DNA from: an uncultured Solirubrobacteraceae bacterium
Lineage (GTDB): Bacteria > Actinomycetota > Thermoleophilia > Solirubrobacterales > Solirubrobacteraceae
Reading direction: 5' to 3'
DNA length: 64,000 nucleotides
NCBI GenBank assembly: GCA_963839615.1
Contig: CAWIVY010000008.1
Span: forward strand, 535-64,534
Under the pieces are notes generated by a model. That model saw only the letters and a program-made list of their open reading frames with translations, was not told the DNA's origin and made no database searches. Positions within the stretch are counted from its first letter, which is position 1, and each line of letters opens with the position of its first letter. Of this stretch, positions 9,370 through 16,946 are shown piece by piece. Made by a program: the position numbers and the translations under genes.

Positions 9370-10248
9370 ATGACCCAGCATCAGGACCCGAGACAGGCCG
9401 AGCCCGAACCGCCCTTCCCCGAGCAGGAGCAGGAGCCGCCCGGACGCGAGGCCGACATGCAGCCCCACGCCGATCACGGCGAGGAGACCTACGTCGGCCA
9501 CGGCCGGCTCGAGGGCAAGGCCGCGCTGATCACCGGCGCCGACTCGGGCATCGGCCGCGCGGTGGCGCTCGCGTTCGCGCGCGAGGGCGCCGACATCGTG
9601 TGCTCCTACTGGAACGAGCACGACGACGCCGCCGAGACGAGGCGACTGGTCGAGGAGGCGGGCCGCCGCTGCGAGACCGTGCCCGGCGACGTCGGCGAGC
9701 GCGAGCACTGCCGCGGGCTCGTCGAAAGCGCGTTCGACGCCTTCGGCCGGCTCGACGTGCTGGTCAACAACGCGGCCTTCCAGATGTCCTACGACTCGTT
9801 CCTGGAGATCCCGCCCGAGGAGATCGACTTCGTCTTCCGCACGAACATCATCGCGATGTTCCACCTCTGCCAGGCCGCCGTCCCGCGCATGCCGGCCGGC
9901 TCGACGATCATCAACACGACGTCGATCCAGGCCGCGCAGCCGAGCCCGCAGCTACTGCACTACGCGGCCACCAAGGGCGCGATCAGCACGTTCACGAAGG
10001 GCCTCGCCCAAGAGGTCGCCGAGCGCGGGATCCGCGTCAACGCGGTTGCCCCGGGGCCGATCTGGACGCCGCTGGTGATCATGAGCTTCCCGGCCGACAA
10101 GAACGCCGAGTTCGGCGCCGACACGCCGCTCGGCCGTCCCGGCCAGCCCGGCGAGCTGGCGCCGCTGTACGTGTTCCTCGCAACCGACGACTCGCGCTAC
10201 ATCAGCGGCGAGGTGATCGGCGCCACCGGCGGCAAGCCACTGCACTAG
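9370..10248 (+). CDS. SDR-family oxidoreductase (general-stress-protein-39-like)
   Basis: Rossmann motif ITGADSGIGRAVA, NNAA motif and YAATKGA catalytic motif. Confidence 0.85.
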   Translation: MTQHQDPRQAEPEPPFPEQEQEPPGREADMQPHADHGEETYVGHGRLEGKAALITGADSGIGRAVALAFAREGADIVCSYWNEHDDAAETRRLVEEAGRRCETVPGDVGEREHCRGLVESAFDAFGRLDVLVNNAAFQMSYDSFLEIPPEEIDFVFRTNIIAMFHLCQAAVPRMPAGSTIINTTSIQAAQPSPQLLHYAATKGAISTFTKGLAQEVAERGIRVNAVAPGPIWTPLVIMSFPADKNAEFGADTPLGRPGQPGELAPLYVFLATDDSRYISGEVIGATGGKPLH

Positions 10249-11408
10249 CCGAACGCGAGCACGCCGTCGAGCCCGCGCTTGGTCACGTCGTTGGCGACGA
10301 TCAGGCGCTGGATCTCCGACGTGCCCTCCCAGATCCGGTCGACCCGGATGTCGCGGTAGAGCCGCTCGCAGGGGTTCTCGCGCATGTAGCCGCGGCCGCC
10401 GAGGATCTGCACCGAGCGGTCGACCACGCGGCCGGCGGCCTCGGAGGCGGCGAGCTTGACGACCGCGGCCTTGGCGTGCAGCTGCTTGCGGTCGAGCCCG
10501 CGATCCGCCTCCCACGCGACCTGGTGCACGAGCGCCCGGTTCGTCGCGATGTCGACCACGCTGTCGGCGACCATCGCGCCGATCAGCTGGTGCTCGATGA
10601 TCGGGCGGCCGAACTGCACGCGCTCGGCGGCCCACGCGCTCGCGGTGCGCAGCGCGCGCTCGGAGGCGCCGATCGCGCGCGCGGCGATCATCAGGCGCTC
10701 CTCGACGAACCAGTCGCGCGTGAGCTCGTAGCCCTGGCCGATGCCGCCGAGCACGGCGTCCTCGCCCACGTGCACGTCGCTGAACCCGAACTCCGGGTGC
10801 TCGTAGACGAAGGTGTGCATGTAGCGCGGGGTGCGCAGCACGGAGACTCCGGGCGCGTCCTTGTCGATCAGGAACATCGTCGGCGCGCGCTCGGGCAGCA
10901 CGAGGGCGAGCACGAGCATGTAGTCGGCGACGTCGCCGACGGTGACGAACCACTTCTCGCCGTTGATGCGGAAGCCGTCATCCACGCGCTCGGCGACGCT
11001 GGCGATCGCGCTCGGGTCCGAGCCCGCGTCGCGCTCGGTGACCGCGACGCAGTCGCGCCGCTCGCCGCGGATGCCCGGCAGCAGGTAGCGCTCGCGCTGC
11101 GAGTCGTCGCAGGCCCGCAGCGCGTTCGCCGGCCGCCAGACCGTGTCCCAGAGCGCGTTGGTGAGGTGGCCGAGCTGCTCCTGAACGATCACCTGGTCGA
11201 GCACGCCAAGGCCCTGGCCGCCCCACTCGGCGGGCATGTTGATCGCGCCGAGGCGATGGTGGCGCACGCGCTCGGCGATCGCGGCGAGCACCTCGCCCGA
11301 CAGCCCGTTGCCCGCCTCGCACGCCTCCTCGTGGACCATGATGTCGGCGGCCAGGGCGGCGGCGCGAGCGCGTAGCTCGAGCTGCTCCGGGCTGTAGGCG
11401 AAATCCAT
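10245..11408 (-). CDS. Acyl-CoA dehydrogenase
   Basis: 387 aa with an ACAD-like pattern throughout (..IWEGTSEIQRLIVA.. near the C-terminus). Confidence 0.85.
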   Translation of the reverse strand: MDFAYSPEQLELRARAAALAADIMVHEEACEAGNGLSGEVLAAIAERVRHHRLGAINMPAEWGGQGLGVLDQVIVQEQLGHLTNALWDTVWRPANALRACDDSQRERYLLPGIRGERRDCVAVTERDAGSDPSAIASVAERVDDGFRINGEKWFVTVGDVADYMLVLALVLPERAPTMFLIDKDAPGVSVLRTPRYMHTFVYEHPEFGFSDVHVGEDAVLGGIGQGYELTRDWFVEERLMIAARAIGASERALRTASAWAAERVQFGRPIIEHQLIGAMVADSVVDIATNRALVHQVAWEADRGLDRKQLHAKAAVVKLAASEAAGRVVDRSVQILGGRGYMRENPCERLYRDIRVDRIWEGTSEIQRLIVANDVTKRGLDGVLAFG

Positions 11409-11464
11409 GCTTGCTCTCCCTCGACCACGTTCGTATAGTGCGACAGCGGTAGCACAGTCTGAAC

Positions 11465-12238
11465 ATGGTGTTTTCGCCTGTCAATCACCCCGGCGCCACC
11501 GGCCGCATCCAGTCGGTCGACCGCGCGGTCGAGCTGCTCGGCGCGATCGCCTCCGCGCCGGAGCCGGAGACCGCGCCCGCGCTCGCAGACCGCTGTGCGC
11601 TCAACCGCAGCACGGCGTGGCGCATTCTCGCGACGCTCGAGCATCACGGGCTCGTCGAGCGCGACCCTGCGAGCAACCGCTACAGCCTCGGCTTCGCGGT
11701 GCTCCGGCTCGCGGCGGCCGCGGGCCACGAGCCGCTCGTGCGGCTCGCTCACCCGCTGCTGCGCCGGCTCGCCGAGGAGACCGGCGAGACCGTGAACCTC
11801 GCAGTCGCGCGGCGGCTGGAGCTCGTCTACGCCGACCAGGTCCAGGCACCGCACGTGATGGCGCCGAACTGGCTCGGGCACGCGGTGCCCCTGCATGCGA
11901 CGTCGACCGGCAAGGCGTTCCTCGCGGCGCTGCCGCCGCAGGAGCTCGACGTCCTGCTGCGCCCGGGGCTCGAGCGCTACACCGACGCGACGATCACGGA
12001 CGAGCGGGTCCTGCGTGAGGAGCTCGGCGCGGTGCGCGCCCGCGGCTACGCGGTCTCGCACGGCGAGCTCGAGGCGGCGCTCTGGGGGGTGTCCGTGGCC
12101 ACCATCGACACGGCGCTGCGGCCCGTGGCGGTGGTCAGCGTCTGGGGCTCCGACGCGCGGGTGCGCGAGCGGATCGAGCCGCTCGGCACGCTGGCAGCGG
12201 AGGCCGCGCGCGAGCTCGAAACCCTGCTCGGTGACTGA
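11465..12238 (+). CDS. IclR-family transcriptional regulator
   Basis: N-terminal wHTH (IQSVDRAVELLGAIA) plus an IclR effector domain. It is divergent from the ACAD gene. An imperfect palindrome at 11429..11464 abuts the start codon. Confidence 0.85.
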   Translation: MVFSPVNHPGATGRIQSVDRAVELLGAIASAPEPETAPALADRCALNRSTAWRILATLEHHGLVERDPASNRYSLGFAVLRLAAAAGHEPLVRLAHPLLRRLAEETGETVNLAVARRLELVYADQVQAPHVMAPNWLGHAVPLHATSTGKAFLAALPPQELDVLLRPGLERYTDATITDERVLREELGAVRARGYAVSHGELEAALWGVSVATIDTALRPVAVVSVWGSDARVRERIEPLGTLAAEAARELETLLGD

Positions 12239-12243
12239 CTAAG

Positions 12244-14322
12244 GTGCCGCCGATGGCTGAGCGCGCGGGCCTCGAGACGCTCTTCGACCCGCGCTCCGTC
12301 GCGATCGTCGGCGCGTCCGACGACCCGGTCAAGTGGGGCCACTGGATCGCCTTGCGCGCGCAGCGTGGAGCGCACCGGCGCGCCGTCCACTTCGTCAACC
12401 GCCGCGGCGGCACGGTGCTGGGCCAGCCGGCCCACCGCGCGCTGGCGGAGCTGCCGGAGGCGATCGATCTCGCCGTCCTCTCGGTGCCGGCGGCGGCGCT
12501 GGAGCAGGGCGTGAGGGACGCCGTCGCGGCGGGCGCGCGCGCGATCGTCGCGATCTCCGGCAGCGAGCGCGACGGCGATGCCGGCGGGGCGCTCGACGCG
12601 GCCCTCGCCGCGACCGCGCGGGCCGGCGGCGCGCGCCTGCTGGGACCCAACTGCCTCGGCGTCTTCGACGCCGGCGCCGAGCTCGAGCTGGTCTCCGAGG
12701 ACCTGCCGCGCGGCGCGATCGGCTTCATCTCCCAGAGCGGCAACCTCGCGCTCGAGATCGGCGCGAAGGCGGCCCGGGTCGGCCTCGGCTTCTCGCGCTT
12801 CATCTCGCTGGGCAACCAGGCGGACATCGAGGCGGCCGAGCTCGTCGGTGCGCTAGCCGGGCACCCCGAGACGCGCGCGATCGCCGTCTACGCGGAGGAC
12901 TTCCGCGACGGCCGCGCGTTCGCCGCGGCGGCCGAGCACGCGGCCGCCGCCGGCAAGCCGATGCTGCTGCTCGCGATCGAGCACACGGAGGCGACCGCCC
13001 GGGCGGTCCGGTCGCACACCGGCGCGCTGGCGACTGACGGCGCCACGATCGACGCCGCCTGCCGCGCCGCCGGGATCGAGCGCGTGCGCTCCCCGCAGGA
13101 GCTCGTCGACGTCGCCGCGGCGCTCCTGGACGCTCCCCGGCCGCGCGGGCGGCGCGTCGCGGTCGTAGCCGACGGCGGCGGACACGGAGGGGTCGCCGCC
13201 GCCTTGGCGCACGGCGCCGGGCTCGACGTCCCGGCGCTGAGCGACGCGCTCGCCGCGCGCGTCCGGGCGATGCTGCCGCCGTCGGCGGCCGTGACGAATC
13301 CGATCGACCTGGCCGGCGGCGGCGAGCAGGACGTCTCCTGCTTCGGCCGGATCGTCGACGCACTCCTGGAGTCCGCCGAGGTCGATGCCGTGCTGCTCAC
13401 CGGCTACTTCGGCGGCTACGCGGCGTACGCGAGCGACCTCGCCGAGCAGGAGTCGGCGGCCGCGCGGGCGATGGCCGCGGCGGTGGCGGCGAGCGAGCGG
13501 CCGCTGATCGTGCACAGCATGCACGAGACGGGGACGGCGCTGACCGCGCTGGGCGCGAGCGGGGTGCCCGTCTACGGCGCGATCGAGCGCGCCGTCGATG
13601 TGCTCGGGCGCCTTGCCGGGACACGCGACCGGCCGGCGACGGGCGTCCCGCCGCTGCCGCCCCCGGCGCCGCCGGCGACAGACACGGGCTACGCGGCCGT
13701 GCGCTCCCTGCTCGCTGCGGGCGGCGTCCCGTTCGTCGCGGCGGAGACGGCCACGACGACCGCGGACGCTGTCGCGGCCGCGACCCGGCTCTCCTATCCC
13801 GTGGTCCTCAAGGCGCTCGGCGCGCTGCACAAGTCCGACGCGGGCGGCGTCGTGCTCGGCATCGCGGACGAGGCGCAGCTGCGTACCGCCGTCGAGGTCG
13901 TGGAGCGGAGGCTCGCTCCGGCGGCGATGTCGGTCGAGCGCATGGCGCCGCTCCACGAGGGCATCGAGCTGATCGCGGGCTGCCGTTGGGACGCGCGCTT
14001 CGGCCCGGTTGTGATGGTCGGCATCGGCGGCGTCCACACGGAGACGCTGGCCGACGTCGGGCTGGCTCTCGCCCCGATCGACGAAGCCGCGGCCGAGCGG
14101 CTGCTGCGCGCGCTGCGCGGCGCTCCGCTGCTGCTCGGCGCGCGCGGTCGCGTGCCGCTCGACGTTCGCGCGGCCGCAGGCGCGGTCGCCGCGCTCTCGC
14201 GTGTCGCCGCCGAGCATCCGGAGCTCGCGGAGATCGAGGTCAACCCGCTCCTCGTCACGGCCGCGGGCGCGCTCGGCCTCGACGCGCGGGCGATCAGTTT
14301 CGCCGCGTCCGGCAGTCTCTAG
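12244..14322 (+). CDS. ADP-forming acyl-CoA synthetase (acetate--CoA ligase family: CoA-binding plus ATP-grasp domains)
   Basis: SVAIVGASDDPVKWG CoA-binding N-terminus, a GPNCLGV motif and a C-terminal ATP-grasp (YPVVLKA..HKSDAGGV). Confidence 0.8.
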   Translation: MPPMAERAGLETLFDPRSVAIVGASDDPVKWGHWIALRAQRGAHRRAVHFVNRRGGTVLGQPAHRALAELPEAIDLAVLSVPAAALEQGVRDAVAAGARAIVAISGSERDGDAGGALDAALAATARAGGARLLGPNCLGVFDAGAELELVSEDLPRGAIGFISQSGNLALEIGAKAARVGLGFSRFISLGNQADIEAAELVGALAGHPETRAIAVYAEDFRDGRAFAAAAEHAAAAGKPMLLLAIEHTEATARAVRSHTGALATDGATIDAACRAAGIERVRSPQELVDVAAALLDAPRPRGRRVAVVADGGGHGGVAAALAHGAGLDVPALSDALAARVRAMLPPSAAVTNPIDLAGGGEQDVSCFGRIVDALLESAEVDAVLLTGYFGGYAAYASDLAEQESAAARAMAAAVAASERPLIVHSMHETGTALTALGASGVPVYGAIERAVDVLGRLAGTRDRPATGVPPLPPPAPPATDTGYAAVRSLLAAGGVPFVAAETATTTADAVAAATRLSYPVVLKALGALHKSDAGGVVLGIADEAQLRTAVEVVERRLAPAAMSVERMAPLHEGIELIAGCRWDARFGPVVMVGIGGVHTETLADVGLALAPIDEAAAERLLRALRGAPLLLGARGRVPLDVRAAAGAVAALSRVAAEHPELAEIEVNPLLVTAAGALGLDARAISFAASGSL

Positions 14323-14325
14323 GTC

Positions 14326-14592
14326 ATGTTGAAGGAATTCTCCGCCCGCCTCCAGAAAGGCGAGAACAAGGGCGCTTGGACGTGCGTCGTCTGGGACGGC
14401 GCCGCCGAGTTCTTCGGCACGAGGGGCCTGGTCAAGGTCCGCGGCACGATCGACGGGGCGCCGTTCGAGAGCGCGTTCATGGCGCAGGGAGACGGGACGC
14501 ACCGGCTCCCGGTGAAGGCCGACCTGCGCAAGGCGATCGGCAAGGGCGCCGGCGACACGGTCGTCGTGCGGCTGGAGGAGCGCATCGGCTAG
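14326..14592 (+). CDS. DUF1905-domain protein
   Basis: 88 aa with [20 protein letters not shown]...LPV, characteristic of DUF1905. It starts 3 nt after the upstream stop. Confidence 0.7.
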   Translation: MLKEFSARLQKGENKGAWTCVVWDGAAEFFGTRGLVKVRGTIDGAPFESAFMAQGDGTHRLPVKADLRKAIGKGAGDTVVVRLEERIG

Positions 14593-14607
14593 CAGGGGCT
14601 TGCTCGA

Positions 14608-14647
14608 ACATTGTTGCAATGTATCGGGCTATTGATACAATCAGCGC
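14608..14647 (+). promoter_or_regulatory. Probable leaderless promoter with nested inverted repeats (candidate GntR operator)
   Basis: This is a locally AT-rich island. TTGCAA (14614-14619), N16, then TACAAT (14636-14641), with 6 nt to the ATG at 14648. Palindrome ACATTG-ttg-CAATGT at 14608-14622, and GTATC/GATAC arms at 14621-14625 and 14634-14638. Confidence 0.5.
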
Positions 14648-15529
14648 ATGTCGGCCCCGCTTCTCCTGGCGATCGTGCTCGCAGTCGCGATCCCGGTGCA
14701 GCTGTTGCGCGCGTACCGCTCCGATGGGTCGCTCGTCGAGCGCTGGGCGGACGAGCATGGCCTCGCACTGACGCCGGAGAACCGACCGCTGGTCGCCAGG
14801 TACCTGCGCAACTCGCGCGTGCTGCGGACCTGGGGCGGCATCGCGGGTGCGCTGCTGCCGTCGCTGATCGAGTACGCCTGGAGTGGCAGGGTGCAGGTGC
14901 TCGGGTTCGGGACCGACGGCGAGAACGCCCCGCTCGGCTTCGGCACGATCTTCCTCGGCTACCTCGTCGGCGCCCTCTGCGCCGAGCTCTCGCTCGCGCG
15001 CCCGGCAAAGGGCGCGCGGCGGACGGCGAGCCTCGTGCGACGCGAGCTCGGGCACTACCTGCCGCGCCGCGTGATCATCGCGCAGCGCGCGGCCGCGGTT
15101 GCCGGGGGGCTCGGTGCGCTCGCCATCGGCCTCGTGCCCTACCCCGAGTCCGTCTCGGACCCGGGCCTCGCCGCGCCCGCCGTAGGTGCCGTCGTCGTGC
15201 TGGCGTCCGGCGCAGGCCTCGAGGCGATCGAGCGCTGGCTCGTACGCCGCCCGCAACCGTTCACGAGCCCGCCGCTGGTCGCTGCCGACGACGCGATCCG
15301 GGCGCAGTCGATCCACGCGCTGGCCGGGGCCGGCCTCGCCCTGCAGCTGCTGTTCTGCTCCGGCGTCGCGCTCGGCCTGCACGCCTCCGACGTGCCCGCG
15401 CTGCAGGTGACGATGGTCGTTCCCGCGGTCGCCTGCCTGGTGCTCTCGATCTACTCGTACCGGAACGTCGGCGAGCGCCCCTGGCGCGTACGGCGGCCGG
15501 CCGCCGTCAGCGGCGCCGCCTCGACATGA
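14648..15529 (+). CDS. Integral membrane protein, unknown function
   Basis: 293 aa with multiple hydrophobic helices. Its stop overlaps the GntR start (ATGA). Confidence 0.6.
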   Translation: MSAPLLLAIVLAVAIPVQLLRAYRSDGSLVERWADEHGLALTPENRPLVARYLRNSRVLRTWGGIAGALLPSLIEYAWSGRVQVLGFGTDGENAPLGFGTIFLGYLVGALCAELSLARPAKGARRTASLVRRELGHYLPRRVIIAQRAAAVAGGLGALAIGLVPYPESVSDPGLAAPAVGAVVVLASGAGLEAIERWLVRRPQPFTSPPLVAADDAIRAQSIHALAGAGLALQLLFCSGVALGLHASDVPALQVTMVVPAVACLVLSIYSYRNVGERPWRVRRPAAVSGAAST

Positions 15530-15900
15530 TCCTCGAGGTCGATTCCCGCTCGCCGGTGCCGCCGTACGAGCAGCTGCGCCAGCACGTCACGGCGCTCGTG
15601 CTGGGAGGCGGCCTGGCGCCCGGCGATCGGCTGCCCTCGATCCGGCAGCTCGCCAACGACCTCGGGCTCGCGGGCGGGACGGTCGCCCGCGCCTACCGCG
15701 AGCTCGAGTCCGACGGCGTCGTGACGACACACGGGCGTCACGGCACGGTCGTGGAGGGCCCGCCGCGCCGCCCGGCGCCGGCGCCCGAGCTGATCGAGGC
15801 GGCGCACTCCTACGCCGACCGCGCCGCACGGACGGGCGCCAGCCTCGAGGACGCCCTGATCGCGGTCCGCGTCGCGTTCGCTTCCGAGCTCTCCGCCTAG
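15526..15900 (+). CDS. GntR-family (YtrA-like, short) transcriptional regulator
   Basis: The ATG at 15526 gives 124 aa with PPYEQLRQHV..GDRLPSIRQLANDLGLAGGTVARAYRELE, a wHTH. Confidence 0.8.
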   Translation: MILEVDSRSPVPPYEQLRQHVTALVLGGGLAPGDRLPSIRQLANDLGLAGGTVARAYRELESDGVVTTHGRHGTVVEGPPRRPAPAPELIEAAHSYADRAARTGASLEDALIAVRVAFASELSA

Positions 15901-16850
15901 CGCAGCTGGAACTCGGCGATCTTGTTCGCCGACATCATCGTGTACCACGGGTCGCCGCCGGCGTCGACGGTGATCCCGAACGGCTCGCTGCCCTTGACCG
16001 CCTTGGTCTCGGTGATCACGCCTGCGTCCGTGATGCGGGCGATGTTCCCCTTGGTCGTCTGGGTGAACCAGATCGAACCGTCGGGCGACGCCGCGATGCC
16101 CTCGGGGCCGGCTCCCGCGGCCACCGCGAACTGCGTCACCTCGTTCGTCGCGGGATCCAGCCGGCCGACGGACTGCGGCGTGAAGCGCACCGTGAACCAG
16201 ATGTCGCCGTCCGCGGCGATGGCGAGCTGGCGGGGGAAGCCCGTCGTCGGGACCAGCGTCACGATGCCCGTCGCCGGGTCGAGGCGGCCGATCGCCTGCT
16301 CGAGGCTCGCCGTGAACCACACGATCCCCGCGTCGTCGACGACGACGTCAGCGGGCTCCGGGACGGGGAACTGGGTGAACTGGCCTGAGCCGATGTCATA
16401 GCGCCACAGGTTGTCGCCGTTGAAGTCCGTGATCCAGATCTCGTCCCCGTGCACGGCGAGGTTGCCGGCGAGCACGTTCGATTCGGGCATCGGGATCGGA
16501 TCGAGGAACTCGCCGGATGTCGTGATGCGCCCGAGGAACGGGTCGTTGGACGTGAAGTAGAGGATGTCGCCCGGTCCCTGGACGATGTCGTTGAGGATGC
16601 AGAACTCGCACGCCGGCCCGAACTCGGTCACCGCGCCGCCAGGCGTGATGCGCCCGATCGTGGCGGGCAGGAACTCGGAGCTCTCGGTGAACCACAGGTT
16701 CCCGTCCGATCCGTTCGTGATGTACCTCGGTGCACTGTCGGCGGTGGGAAGGCGATGCTGCTTGAGCGACCCGACCGGCGCGGCCTGCGCCGGGCCGACC
16801 AGCAGCACGGAGAGTCCGATTGTCAGCAGGACGAGGCGTAGGACCGGCAT
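15897..16850 (-). CDS. Secreted beta-propeller protein, virginiamycin B lyase (Vgb)-like repeats
   Basis: Signal peptide plus repeated ..DG.LWFTE....IGR(I/L).P..G..T.F units. Confidence 0.65.
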   Translation of the reverse strand: MPVLRLVLLTIGLSVLLVGPAQAAPVGSLKQHRLPTADSAPRYITNGSDGNLWFTESSEFLPATIGRITPGGAVTEFGPACEFCILNDIVQGPGDILYFTSNDPFLGRITTSGEFLDPIPMPESNVLAGNLAVHGDEIWITDFNGDNLWRYDIGSGQFTQFPVPEPADVVVDDAGIVWFTASLEQAIGRLDPATGIVTLVPTTGFPRQLAIAADGDIWFTVRFTPQSVGRLDPATNEVTQFAVAAGAGPEGIAASPDGSIWFTQTTKGNIARITDAGVITETKAVKGSEPFGITVDAGGDPWYTMMSANKIAEFQLR

Positions 16851-16946
16851 ATGAGCTCCTCCAGGGGTGTGGAAAGAGCCATACGCACGCGGCCGCGGCC
16901 CGGATCGCCGGAGTGCCTGCGAAGTCCGCGGCCGGACCGCGCGAGC

